A stretch of 64,000 nt of DNA, taken from positions 1,054,001-1,118,000 of the forward strand of contig OZ361258.1 of assembly GCA_977018835.1 (NCBI GenBank), in the 5' to 3' direction. The DNA comes from Minutocellus sp. GHC0000111. Taxonomy: Eukaryota. The position numbers and the translations under genes were made by a program. How positions within the stretch are numbered: the first letter of the stretch is position 1; each line of letters starts with the position of its first letter. The notes under the pieces were generated by a model. It saw nothing but the letters and a program-made list of their open reading frames with translations. It ran no database searches and was not told the origin of the DNA. Shown here piece after piece: positions 54,618 to 64,000 of the stretch.

Positions 54618-55582
54618 TCACAGCAAACTTGACTTGACATACATATCGTCGTCGTTGTATGCCTGGACGTCATGGCTAAACTGAGCCGATGACGTATTAG
54701 TATCTTCCTCTTCCTCCTCTTCTGGCTCCCAATGGCTATCCATATAATGCTTCAGCATCAAGGCCGCGGCCGTAGAATCGTTTGTGTTGGGATGGTAGAA
54801 CTGATCGGACGATCGGTACAGATAACTGCCCACCGATTGCGACGGAGTGCGGCTAAAGACCCTGGCCCTTCCCCACTTATCGACATCACACTCGTGGTTG
54901 TGACAACGCACCAGATGGTCCTCCACGGCGTTGAATAGGATGTCCCTTAAATCCCAGAGGGCAAACGGACGGTGCTGGTAGAGGATAGGGTTGGGATGCT
55001 CGGCCAGATAATCCAGCAGGTGCAGCACCTTGCCGCAGGGTCCGCCCGGCCGACCGTCGGGTTGGAGAGGCCATCCAACGACGAAGCCGGATATACGATG
55101 CTTCCTGACCAAGCGTTCCAGTTCCAGGGCGACTCGTTCGTTATCGTCGAGCCGCCGGGTGTTGTAGTAGGCCCGCTTGTTGTTCGTTACGTAGGGTATC
55201 GGTTCTATTGGCGTCACTCGATTGGTAGGAGATGGATGTTGCGCTATCGACACGCCTATTCGTTCGTCGGTAATGTCCAGACCCATCACGGTGCTGTTTG
55301 TTGGAGAAGGAAGAGGAATTCAAGAAAAGTTAATCCAAGAACAAGCACGTCGTACACCTTGCCGGTACATGTGGGTGCGTTGCAGTCCATTCCATGGCTT
55401 TCGATACATCCTACCGCATGTTCGCATCAGGAAGACCCAACTGAAGTTTCGTGTCAGAAGTTGACACAGAACGTGTCGAACCCATCGCTGTATTGGAAGC
55501 CTTACCTGGCGGAGGGACCCCACGATATGATTGACGCCAGCCTGTTTGGGGGGACGATGCACTGAGTTAGTTTCGTGGCCAT
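54618..55582 (-). CDS. YqgF/RuvX-like RNase H-fold nuclease; intron 55294-55505
   Basis: Exon 1 MATKLTQCIVPPNRLASIISWGPSA|S joins exon 2 TVMGLDITDERIGVSIA...GFVVGWPLQPDG...DSTAAALML. Confidence 0.8.
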
Positions 55583-55940
55583 CGTTTCAGCAGTTTGTTG
55601 TGGTTTTGTGTGTCCTTCCTCACCACGACACGTGCGGTATCTCCGCCGGTCTTCTTCCCGTCATGGGGCGCGCCAAGAATTTTGTGCGAAAAAGTGCACG
55701 AGTTCTTTTCGCGGACTCGGGTCCGAGATAAATGACCCTGTTCCGAAACTCGGGGAAATGATTTTATTGACGCCAAAAATCGCAGAGCCGAGGGCAGGGA
55801 CGGGCCGCCGCAGGGACGGGGGCTGCGAGCGGAGTGCTCCACGCCGCCACTATCTAAACCAAAGCCCGCGCTGATGCATGCCGCTACAATTACAGCACAT
55901 CGCAAAATTGCAATCATTTAAAGGCATCAAAGTTTCCAAG

Positions 55941-57371
55941 ATGAAATACGATGCCCTGGCATCATCATCGTCTTCCTCCATCTGTAGCAGTGGATCTTTC
56001 GACAGCGACTTCGAGAACATCAACGCCAATGACAAGTCCAACCGATCGATATTCAGTCTACTTGCTATCGCCATTTTGGCTGCATCAGCAGTGCTTCTCT
56101 CACGCCATCGATGTAACGGCAACGCCCAAGATTATGGAGAGCACGTTCATCCACTTGTGGACAGCAGCAGCAGCAGCGGCCACCTCCCAGATATTGCATG
56201 GCTCATGTCGTTTCCAAATTCTGGAACGTCCTACACCATGCGCCTGGTCCAAGCCGTTTCTAATACAACGGCCGCTACAAATTACGCAGAAGAATGCAAA
56301 CAAGACTCCGAGGGTCGTGTTGCCACACTGTTTGACTCACCATCTGGTCCGTATCTTCGTCAGCAGGTCCTCCATGGAGGCATGTCACTTCCCAAAAGAT
56401 ACGTTCTAACCAAAACACACTGCGGAGGCCGATGCGTGCACTGCATCCCAGGTGAGAATAGATGTCGAATTTTGAGTCTCGTACTCGAAAAGAGGAATAG
56501 CTGGAAATGGCACATTCACATGCATAACCTTTATTATCGAATGCTATGATTGATTCATATTTATTTCCTAAGACAGTACATGCAATAGCCCAACCCTTTA
56601 CATGTAACCCTTTTAATTTTATTTCATTTCATTTCATTCCTTTTTTTTTTTCTGGGCATGCCTTTGGTCTCTTCAGAACGATATGTGGAAACACGCAATT
56701 CTTTTCTCGATAAATGCCTCACAGGTACTCTTACCGGACCAACAGTATTGAACGAGCCCTCGTTCCACATGAACACCGTTGATACACCCATGAATCGAAC
56801 TCATGTCCATTATTCTCCCACAAAAGTGAAAAGGGCTATTCATCTTGTTCGCCATCCATTCAACAATATCGTCGCGCGATTCCATCTCGAATTCAACAAT
56901 CACAAATCAGTGGACGACTTTACGACCCAGTTTCCAAGTAATAGGTCGGGATTCCGAGCGTGGTGCCAAGATTTAGACCAACGCTATCATCGCAAAGAGA
57001 GTAAAACCGATCTGATATCATCTGAAATCAAGTCATATTTCGACGGTGTGCCCTGCCATTCCGAGTTCTTCCGGTATACGCAGTGGCATAACTTGGCACT
57101 CCTGGTCACCGAAAAGCAAAATATTCCAACGCACTTTCTGTACTATGAAGACTACCAAGAGAACTTTGAATCTGCACTCGAAGGTATTCTTCAATTTCTG
57201 GAGTTGAAAAGGGTTGGAAAAGCTTCGCCCTTTATTTCCGGCAAGACTTATGATGAATACTACACGAAAGGAGAGCAATCGTCGGCAATGGAACTCGTCA
57301 AGGCTGTATCTACACCACAAACATGGTCCCTCCTTGAGCGTTACACACTTGAGCATGTTATGCAAGCCTAA
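55941..57371 (+). CDS. Type II membrane sulfotransferase-like protein; intron 56452-56676
   Basis: TM helix; 5'-PSB WLMSFPNSGTSYT; LTKTHC; HLVRHPFNNIVARFH; YYEDY. Confidence 0.85.
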
Positions 57372-57563
57372 GCGGTACATATAGAGCCTCCGATGGCCCA
57401 TCTGACTCATCGCCCGGGGATTAACCTCTCCTTCCTAAAGACGAATAGAGGTATTGTTTTCTCTATTCTTCTTCCCTGTTTTCTACCGGCACAAGTAGAA
57501 ATATCTATGCGTCATATTTCCGATTCGACAAATCTCCAAACGTAGCCGGCGCTGGACTTACTG

Positions 57564-57930
57564 TTGATGCCCGCTGCGGCACTGTTAACGAAGCGAGGCT
57601 TTCTAAAGACCGAGGATGTGTCCTCATCAGAGGGAGGATCTGTGGTGCCATCTCGACGAGTATCCAGTCGCTCTGCAGATGACGCCCAGCCTTCCATGAT
57701 TGTCACCCCTTTGAAGATCGGAAAGGAGACTGTGGACATAACATTTGCTGCTCCTCGGTCCAAGTACTATAGCGAGAATGAAATTGTATCGACACTGCAG
57801 GGAAAGCATGGGAAGGAGTTGGATAGGCACTTGGCTGCTCTTGTGCGATCCAATCGATTGCTCAAGTCTTTCATAGTAAGTGGTGGCGGAGATCTCTCAA
57901 GCAAGGCTGTATTGGAACACTACGACGCGG
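57564..57930 (+). pseudogene. Probable fragment of an unidentified gene, cut at the junction with the NUMOD1 gene
   Basis: Protein-like frame (KYYSENEIVSTLQGKHGKELDRHLAALVRSN...) becomes antisense NUMOD1 sequence after ~57930. Confidence 0.35.
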
Positions 57931-58454
57931 CTAATAGACTTTGTGCGAATACCAAGGCTTCGCGCAGCCTCGGCAGAAGATGGGAAGACATTTATAACCT
58001 TGCCCGTTTCCACGTCAACTTGTTCGATCGGTATTCCTCCATAGGTTCTTGCTGGTGGCATAGCATCGTCACCGGAACGGCGCCAAAAGAACCCACTGCC
58101 TGACTTAACCCCATCACTCAAAACATCACTAACACGGTTCCGAGGAATTCCCAATGCCCTCGCCGCCTCTGTTACCGATGGAAACGAATTGATCACCTCG
58201 CCAGTCTCAAAGTTCAGCTGTTCGACTGGAGTGATACGCAAATGTGAGCGACGTTTCCCCAAAGCTGAAGGCGAATGCCTGCTGCTCTCGATGCAACGAC
58301 CGCCACCGTACGCTGCCTTGCTGGCGCGATCGCATCTGCTCCTGCAACTCGCGCCACAATTATCCGGCGGAGCAAGGAAGCTGCTGCAGCTTCTCGCCGC
58401 CATTAGCAGCAGCAGACATGCCTTCTTCTTAATTGTGAGGATGCTCATCTTCAT
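57897..58454 (-). CDS. NUMOD1 (homing-endonuclease-type HTH) repeat protein with signal/plastid-like presequence, truncated in the second repeat
   Basis: PVEQLNFETGEVINSFPSVTEAARALGI...GFFWR and PIEQVDVETGKVINVFPSSAEAARSLGI; N-terminus CLLLLMAARSCSSFLAP. Confidence 0.75.
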   Translation of the reverse strand: MKMSILTIKKKACLLLLMAARSCSSFLAPPDNCGASCRSRCDRASKAAYGGGRCIESSRHSPSALGKRRSHLRITPVEQLNFETGEVINSFPSVTEAARALGIPRNRVSDVLSDGVKSGSGFFWRRSGDDAMPPARTYGGIPIEQVDVETGKVINVFPSSAEAARSLGIRTKSISRVVVFQYSLA

Positions 58455-58535
58455 AATAGTCTTTGAACCGACGGCGAGAGACAGGCACGACGTGCATGGC
58501 CATGGTCGGATGGTCGGATGGCGTGTGATGTGCGC

Positions 58536-58603
58536 CTTCTTGCTTCCGGCGCTCTCGCCACGCGACACGACTTGCTTCTTGCTTCCGGGCGCTCTCGCCA
58601 CGA
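58536..58603. repeat. ~27-bp imperfect direct repeat in a divergent promoter
   Basis: cttcttgcttccgg(g)cgctctcgccacg occurs twice. Confidence 0.7.
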
Positions 58604-58766
58604 CGAGATGAAGGTCTCCTTGACTTGACTCGGGGAGTAATGAATGACGCACGAAGGATGGACCAAGTCTTCGATCGAGCTTCAGCATTTTCATCTTTGC
58701 CGTATCGTCTTCTTCGTCATCTCGACCCCAGGAGACAAGATACTGCACCCGCTCTTGCAAAAAGCC

Positions 58767-60779
58767 ATGCGCCTCGCGCTCAGCGTCCTCCTGCTGTGCT
58801 CCGCGGCCAACGCCTTTGTCGGCGTTCCGCGGCACGAAAATCATCTTGTCAGTCGAACCCACCAGCAACCATTTGGTTCCGTAGTTCTCCACCAGTCCTC
58901 GGAAACCAGCCATGAGATCCTCGACGACGACATTATGGGCGATCTGCCCGAGCGCAAGTACGAGCCCAAGGAGGGCGATAACGTCGCCGGCGGTGGGTCA
59001 AAATTCCAGGCCATGATAGAGATGGCCCAAAGGCGGAAGGAGGAGGGCGGGGGCATCCCACCGCGGGCGCAGGCCCAGCCGCAGCAAGTTCAACCGCAAC
59101 AATATCAGCCACAGCCTCAGCAATATCAATCCCAACAGTTTCAGCCGCAGCCCCAGGCATATGGCGCTACTCCCATGCCCGTTCAGGCGCCGCCTCTGCC
59201 TCCCGGCTGGGCATCGACAATCGACCCGGCCTCCGGCATGACGTACTACTACAACTCGCAGACGGGCGCCGTGCAGTGGGAGATGCCGCAGGTCATTCCT
59301 CCTCCGCCGCCGCAGCCTCCTCAGGTGCCTCCTCAGTCTCGGATGCAGCAGCCAGTAGTCCAACCTCAAACGATGCAACAGCCTGCGGTTGTGGAACAAG
59401 CAGCAGCCCAGGTCCAGCCGGAACCCGTGCCGATTGCCGAGCCGGAACCCGAAAGCCAACCCGAGCCTGTACCTGTACCTGTGTCTGCGCCAGCACCCGC
59501 AACAACAACGACAGTTCAGCTGCAGCCACCCGATGAGGAGTTCAAGCCCGTCCCACCCCGGCCAAGGGCCGCAACCAATGCCGATCCCGCCCAGGTGGCC
59601 GAACTTCGCAATGCCGTGGAACAGGTGGACTCGACCAAGGTGGCGTCCCTCCTCGAAGGTGGATTGGAAATGGACGAGGAAATCACCGACGCTGCCTTCT
59701 GGGCCGTCGTCAACGCCGTCGATACGGCCGAAAATGAGGACAAGCCATTGCCGGCCGACGTGCCGCGGATGCTCCATCACATCTTTGATGCCGACATGAA
59801 CCTTCTGCTGAGCCGAGAGCAGCTCCGAATGAACATCACGTGCATGCAGCCCAAGGAGGAGGGTTTGACCTCGGCCCATCAGATGAACTACATCTTCGAC
59901 GACTCCTCCCACAAGGACCTGCCGCTGATGGAGGGGCGGCGCTGCGAGGATGGCAGCTGCTGCGACGCGTGCAGCCGCAACATTTACCCGACGTTCGCGT
60001 CCGATGCCGAGACCAGCTTCGACACGTTCCCCGAGCTGGTGTCGCTGACGTTCAATGAGTTGGAGACCATGCCCGCCAAGACGATACTGGTGTTCGCTCG
60101 GTTGATCGAGCGGGTTCGTCGGACGATCGCCTATGAGTATGGTGTGCCCCTCAAGACCATTTTGCCGTTGCAGGCCTACTCTCGCAAGTATGTGGCCGGC
60201 AGTACCCAGCAGGGTGGCGGCGGCGGAGAGGGAGATTTCGTCACCCTTCATACAGACGAGGCGACTCATGCCGGCTATCACTACTCTTGTGTTTTGTACC
60301 TGAGCACCCATGGCAAGGAATTCGAGGGTGGCGATTTCGTTTTCAATGATCCCGATCCCAATTTCGAGAAGAAGTCGAGTTCGGTAGACGACGACGAGGA
60401 TGATGACTATGACGAGCCAGAGACTTATTTGTCGCTGGAAGATGAGATCCGACGAGCTGGTCGCAGGTTTACCCCATTCCACCCCACGCGCGGTGCTGCC
60501 GTCATCTTCTCCTCGGGATGGGAGAACATGCACGAGGTGGAACGGATCACGGAAGGAACGCGGTATTGCGTACCAGCATTCTTTACCACTAGTCCGGTGC
60601 CCGAGCAGGCATACGAGCAAATGGTTCAGGGCAAGCCCAAGACCGATGAGGACATTGCCGATGATTGGTTGCATCTTCTCCTCGCGCATCGACAAGAGTC
60701 CCCTCTGGAAGCCGCCGGTCGTGTGAAGGAGCTGTTGATGAAGTGGCATGTGATGTGCGCTCCTTTGAGTGAGCACTAA
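58767..60779 (+). CDS. Plastid-targeted protein with Q/P-rich linker, WW domain and C-terminal 2OG-Fe(II) oxygenase
   Basis: MRLALSVLLLCSAANAFV; LPPGWASTIDPASGMTYYYNSQTGAVQWEMP; LHTDE, YSCVLYL...FEGGDFVF and FSSGWENMHEVERITEGTRY. Confidence 0.88.
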   Translation: MRLALSVLLLCSAANAFVGVPRHENHLVSRTHQQPFGSVVLHQSSETSHEILDDDIMGDLPERKYEPKEGDNVAGGGSKFQAMIEMAQRRKEEGGGIPPRAQAQPQQVQPQQYQPQPQQYQSQQFQPQPQAYGATPMPVQAPPLPPGWASTIDPASGMTYYYNSQTGAVQWEMPQVIPPPPPQPPQVPPQSRMQQPVVQPQTMQQPAVVEQAAAQVQPEPVPIAEPEPESQPEPVPVPVSAPAPATTTTVQLQPPDEEFKPVPPRPRAATNADPAQVAELRNAVEQVDSTKVASLLEGGLEMDEEITDAAFWAVVNAVDTAENEDKPLPADVPRMLHHIFDADMNLLLSREQLRMNITCMQPKEEGLTSAHQMNYIFDDSSHKDLPLMEGRRCEDGSCCDACSRNIYPTFASDAETSFDTFPELVSLTFNELETMPAKTILVFARLIERVRRTIAYEYGVPLKTILPLQAYSRKYVAGSTQQGGGGGEGDFVTLHTDEATHAGYHYSCVLYLSTHGKEFEGGDFVFNDPDPNFEKKSSSVDDDEDDDYDEPETYLSLEDEIRRAGRRFTPFHPTRGAAVIFSSGWENMHEVERITEGTRYCVPAFFTTSPVPEQAYEQMVQGKPKTDEDIADDWLHLLLAHRQESPLEAAGRVKELLMKWHVMCAPLSEH

Positions 60780-60834
60780 ACACTGTAAAAAATTCTAAAA
60801 ATATCTTATCATCAACTCTATCTGCAAGACAAAC

Positions 60835-63800
60835 TTACTCGAATGTATATTCAGACAAATCAAATTCAATGCGGCCGATATTCTTGCTGCACTCCACAAG
60901 CTCCAATGGTATTCCTTCTTCTGGTGACGAGTAGCAGGTGTCGTAACTAATGCAGTAGGGTTCTTTTGGATATCCTCCGCACTGACCGCACCTGATCGTC
61001 TTGTCATCCTTGTCATACTTCCACCACTGGTTGCCAAATGCACCATCGCATACACGAAGTCGTAGTGCTTCACCGAGACGATTGTTGTCGTCTCCTTCTA
61101 AGCAAACCTCGGTGTTCTCGGTCGATCTCCACCAGTGCCTATCTGTTTCTATTGGTATTGCCGAAAGCTGTCCAAGATTGCTTGGGTCACATTTGGCAAG
61201 GATTGGTTCCGCGAAGTCGAGATTCATACGAAAGTCAATACATAAAGTAGGATCCTCACTCAGACCAACCATGTACAGCTTATTCCAACCTCGATCGTTC
61301 CTTCGTTTCATATTCCACTTATATCCGGACACCTCTTCTTTTCCAAACTATTGTACTTGAGATCCCGTGCATTCATAGAGGCAGTAAGATGCCACACACT
61401 CGATATCGTCGTCGCCCATATTAGTTACACAGAGAGATTGGTCTGAGATCGGACTCAACTCTTGGTTTCCTCTTGAGTCATAGACCCACTCCTGCAGTGG
61501 GTCGGTGGCATTGCACCTGCTCGAGTAGTCGACCTGAGCGCCAATCTTCAACTTGCCCTTGATACCAAGGCACGGCCGGATCCCCCAAACGCCCTGCACT
61601 CGAATGCCTCCATTTGGAGTCTCCATGACGGTCGACACCGGTGCGTGACGCTTCATTGGGGTCCGTTGGTTGCAGCCTCGATGCTCGTCCCCGGCGAGGC
61701 AATTATTGCTCCCAACCTTGGAATGAAAGTAGTAGTATTCATCCTCAGGAGGCTTTTCGTACAGCTCTGGTTTGACGAACGCCCAGCGTTGATCGGTCAG
61801 ATCTGACTTAGGCTCGAGCATTACATCATACTCAATCGGCTGGCTAACACGATGAGAAGACCCAATCAATGCGGAAGTAATGAAGTCGTTTGTATCGTAT
61901 AGCCATGTTTGCGATAGCCGATCTTCTGCGCATTTTTTTACAGTAAGATGCTATGATGAAGAAAAAATAAATGTCAAAATGAATTTGTTCCCTACTTTCT
62001 CAAATCAATGCCCCCTTTCGAGAAATCAAACTAGTCAAGTAAATATATGGCTTACCATATCATCCCCAAGCTCGACACAGAGCCCAGGAGCTCCCTTTGG
62101 AGTCAATTGTCCCTCCCCAAACGCCCAAATTTGTTTCGGGTTTGACGCATCACAAGGTTTTAATCCGAGGCCAATGAAATCTTCATTGTATAGAGATTCA
62201 ATACACAGCGACTTGTCTTCGTTGAGAACGACCATAATATTTTCTTCAGAGAATTCGTGCATGTTTCTTGAGCAAGTATCGACACCGAACGCCTCCCACC
62301 TTTGGTGGTATCCACCGACACATTCAGCTAGTGATACACTTTCGGGGTCCCATCTATCGTTGGAGTGAGCCTCGGCACAGAATGCTTCAGAACCAAAAAA
62401 AACGGCGACGGCATTGTGAGATAATTCCATAGTTCCTGAATCATTTAGACGCCAGACTTGGCGGTCTGAATGTGGATTGCGCTTGGCAAGACGAAGGACT
62501 TTGGAAAGCAGGAAGAAGTGAAGGCATTGCCATTAGAAGCGAAATGTATCAAACTCACATAGTAGGATCAAGTTCAATGCTGGCCTCGACATTTCTCACC
62601 TGGACTATCCAACCACTTGCCCCCATGTCCAAAATCTAAGCAGGATTTAAGATGTACCTTGGGCCGTATGGCCACACCATCATCATTGCTTTCAATGAAC
62701 CACAACTGAGAATCTTTTTCTTCTCCCCAATCCTCAGAACATCGATGAAGATGGACATTCAATGCCCTAGAACATTCAATGCCCTAGAATTTGCTTTCTT
62801 TGGCTCTACTCTCAAACACCTATCATGAAATTTGATGACGCTAAACTCGTCCTCTTGCGGCTTTGGAGCCGGCCAGGGTCCATGGTATTGGTCAGCTGGG
62901 ATGGCTAGGAACTCTTGGTGCTCCATGTTGGTATTACAATCTCTGAATGTAAAGACAGGATCAGCCTCAACATCACCTCCATCTCCCGAACGCGAGTCTG
63001 AACTCCCAAGTCCGTAGGAAAGACACAAACCTTTGCCATTTGTTACTTCGTGGTTCCACCGATTATTGTACGTGTACTTTGTTTCTGAGCGGGGTAGTCT
63101 GACCATGTCATCTTCAATGCGAAATTTCTGCCGTGCTCTACTTGAATCGCACCGAGATCTCTTGAGCTGCCCATTGACTCCTTCTTCGACGCAATAATTC
63201 ATGAAATATTCAGAAACGATGAGGACAAGATCGCCTGTCTGTATGTTTTGTTCAAAGTGAGAAATGTTCGGTGTGGGCTCCTCGTACTCTGTGGGATCTA
63301 CTAGGAGGAACGGAGTAAATCGGTCATCATATCTTTCATCGTAGATACTCAAGGTCGTACCAGGAGTAGTCCAGGCGTCCTCGCTGATACTCATGGAATA
63401 GCTTTGAGTCGGAGCGAAGCCCGCAAAGACGTCCTTTGTGTCATGGTCATAACCGTAAAAATACGAAGAAATTTTGCCACGAGACGAGATCTTGCTGGTA
63501 TCCCATAATTGAGAGAAACTACCATCAACACACTGTCCTAAGCGAAGAAGAGTCTTCTCCCTGTCATCTCCTAGCCCCTTTGACTCAAGTGAATTAATGT
63601 CCAGGCCCATTTGTACTGTGTAGCGACCAACACACAAGGTCAAGTCATCACTCGATCGCCAAACGACTTTATTTCTGCCCTCCTCGATGAAAAAATACTG
63701 GCGAACATCTATCGCATCGCACTCGGCTACAACAATGTCTCTCCCTGAGGCAACCGTATCACCTGCAGACACACAAAGACTTCGATCTTGTCTCAATACC

Positions 63801-64000
63801 ATCATCAACGGTGTATCATCGGGGCTGTCGCCATAACTGATCGAGGGCTTGTACAAGGCAGGACTCACTGCATCCCATTCAAATCTCTGAGGAAACCTAA
63901 GACTAAGCAATTCTATGCTGCTACCAAGAAGGGAAGATCCGTCGGAATACCCCACCAAAATTGGTGGCCATTCATGCATAACATGGGAGTATATCGTTGC
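60835..64000 (-). pseudogene. Multi-repeat ricin-type beta-trefoil (QxW) lectin gene; introns ~61951-62055 and ~62500-62599; 17-bp duplication frameshift at 62756-62789; in-frame TAG at 61348; 5' end outside the window
   Basis: Repeated LCV...C.....Q-x-[WF] units across five ORF pieces that join once the introns are spliced and the lesions removed. Confidence 0.78.

Noticed and set aside
58998..60776. 592-aa antisense ORF (also the long antisense ORFs over ADA2 and the cyclase)
   Set aside because: Shadow frames of GC3-rich genes with clear domain motifs on the other strand.
50354..60779. Biosynthetic gene cluster (PhyH, ALDH, glycosyltransferase, sulfotransferase, 2OG oxygenase)
   Set aside because: No scaffold-forming enzyme, different predicted compartments, ALDH truncated and unrelated genes interspersed.
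4324..61350. Stop-codon reassignment (alternative genetic code) explaining the in-frame stops
   Set aside because: The three internal stops are one each of TGA, TAA and TAG. All three codons also terminate intact genes here, and long genes contain none internally.
1..64000. Prokaryotic or viral origin; tRNA/rRNA genes
   Set aside because: Spliceosomal introns and eukaryote-specific genes occur throughout; no tRNA- or rRNA-like sequence was recognised.

Overview
Gene-dense eukaryotic nuclear DNA, very probably from a diatom. Supporting signs are short GT-AG introns, bipartite plastid presequences of the ASAF/ANAF type, HA-repeat and 'SFPNSGTSYT' sulfotransferase families, and an IFT gene suggesting a flagellate-gamete (centric-type) lineage. 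About 40 genes or gene remnants are present. Housekeeping genes (PIG-M, RRP43, EMC6, FCF1, RPL37, mitochondrial S6, ADA2) are intact, but roughly ten others carry nonsense codons, frameshifts, small tandem duplications, truncations or insertions. Three observations stand out. (1) A ~2.2 kb decayed DNA transposon (7.4-9.6 kb) has very few TpA dinucleotides and, by my manual count, no RTAY tetramer over ~1.7 kb, with abundant CAY/RTG. This suggests a repeat-targeted A:T->G:C hypermutation process opposite in direction to fungal RIP. (2) An IFT140 (IFT-A) gene is caught in the act of decay and is split by an antisense helicase-associated (HA) repeat cassette flanked by a 5-bp direct repeat. (3) There are several unusual domain fusions: TrmO-OsmC, a UIM/Tudor-knot/chromo/MBD-like chromatin protein, and plastid-targeted WW-2OG oxygenase and NUMOD1 proteins. 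All family calls come from motif recognition by eye; no database searches were run.
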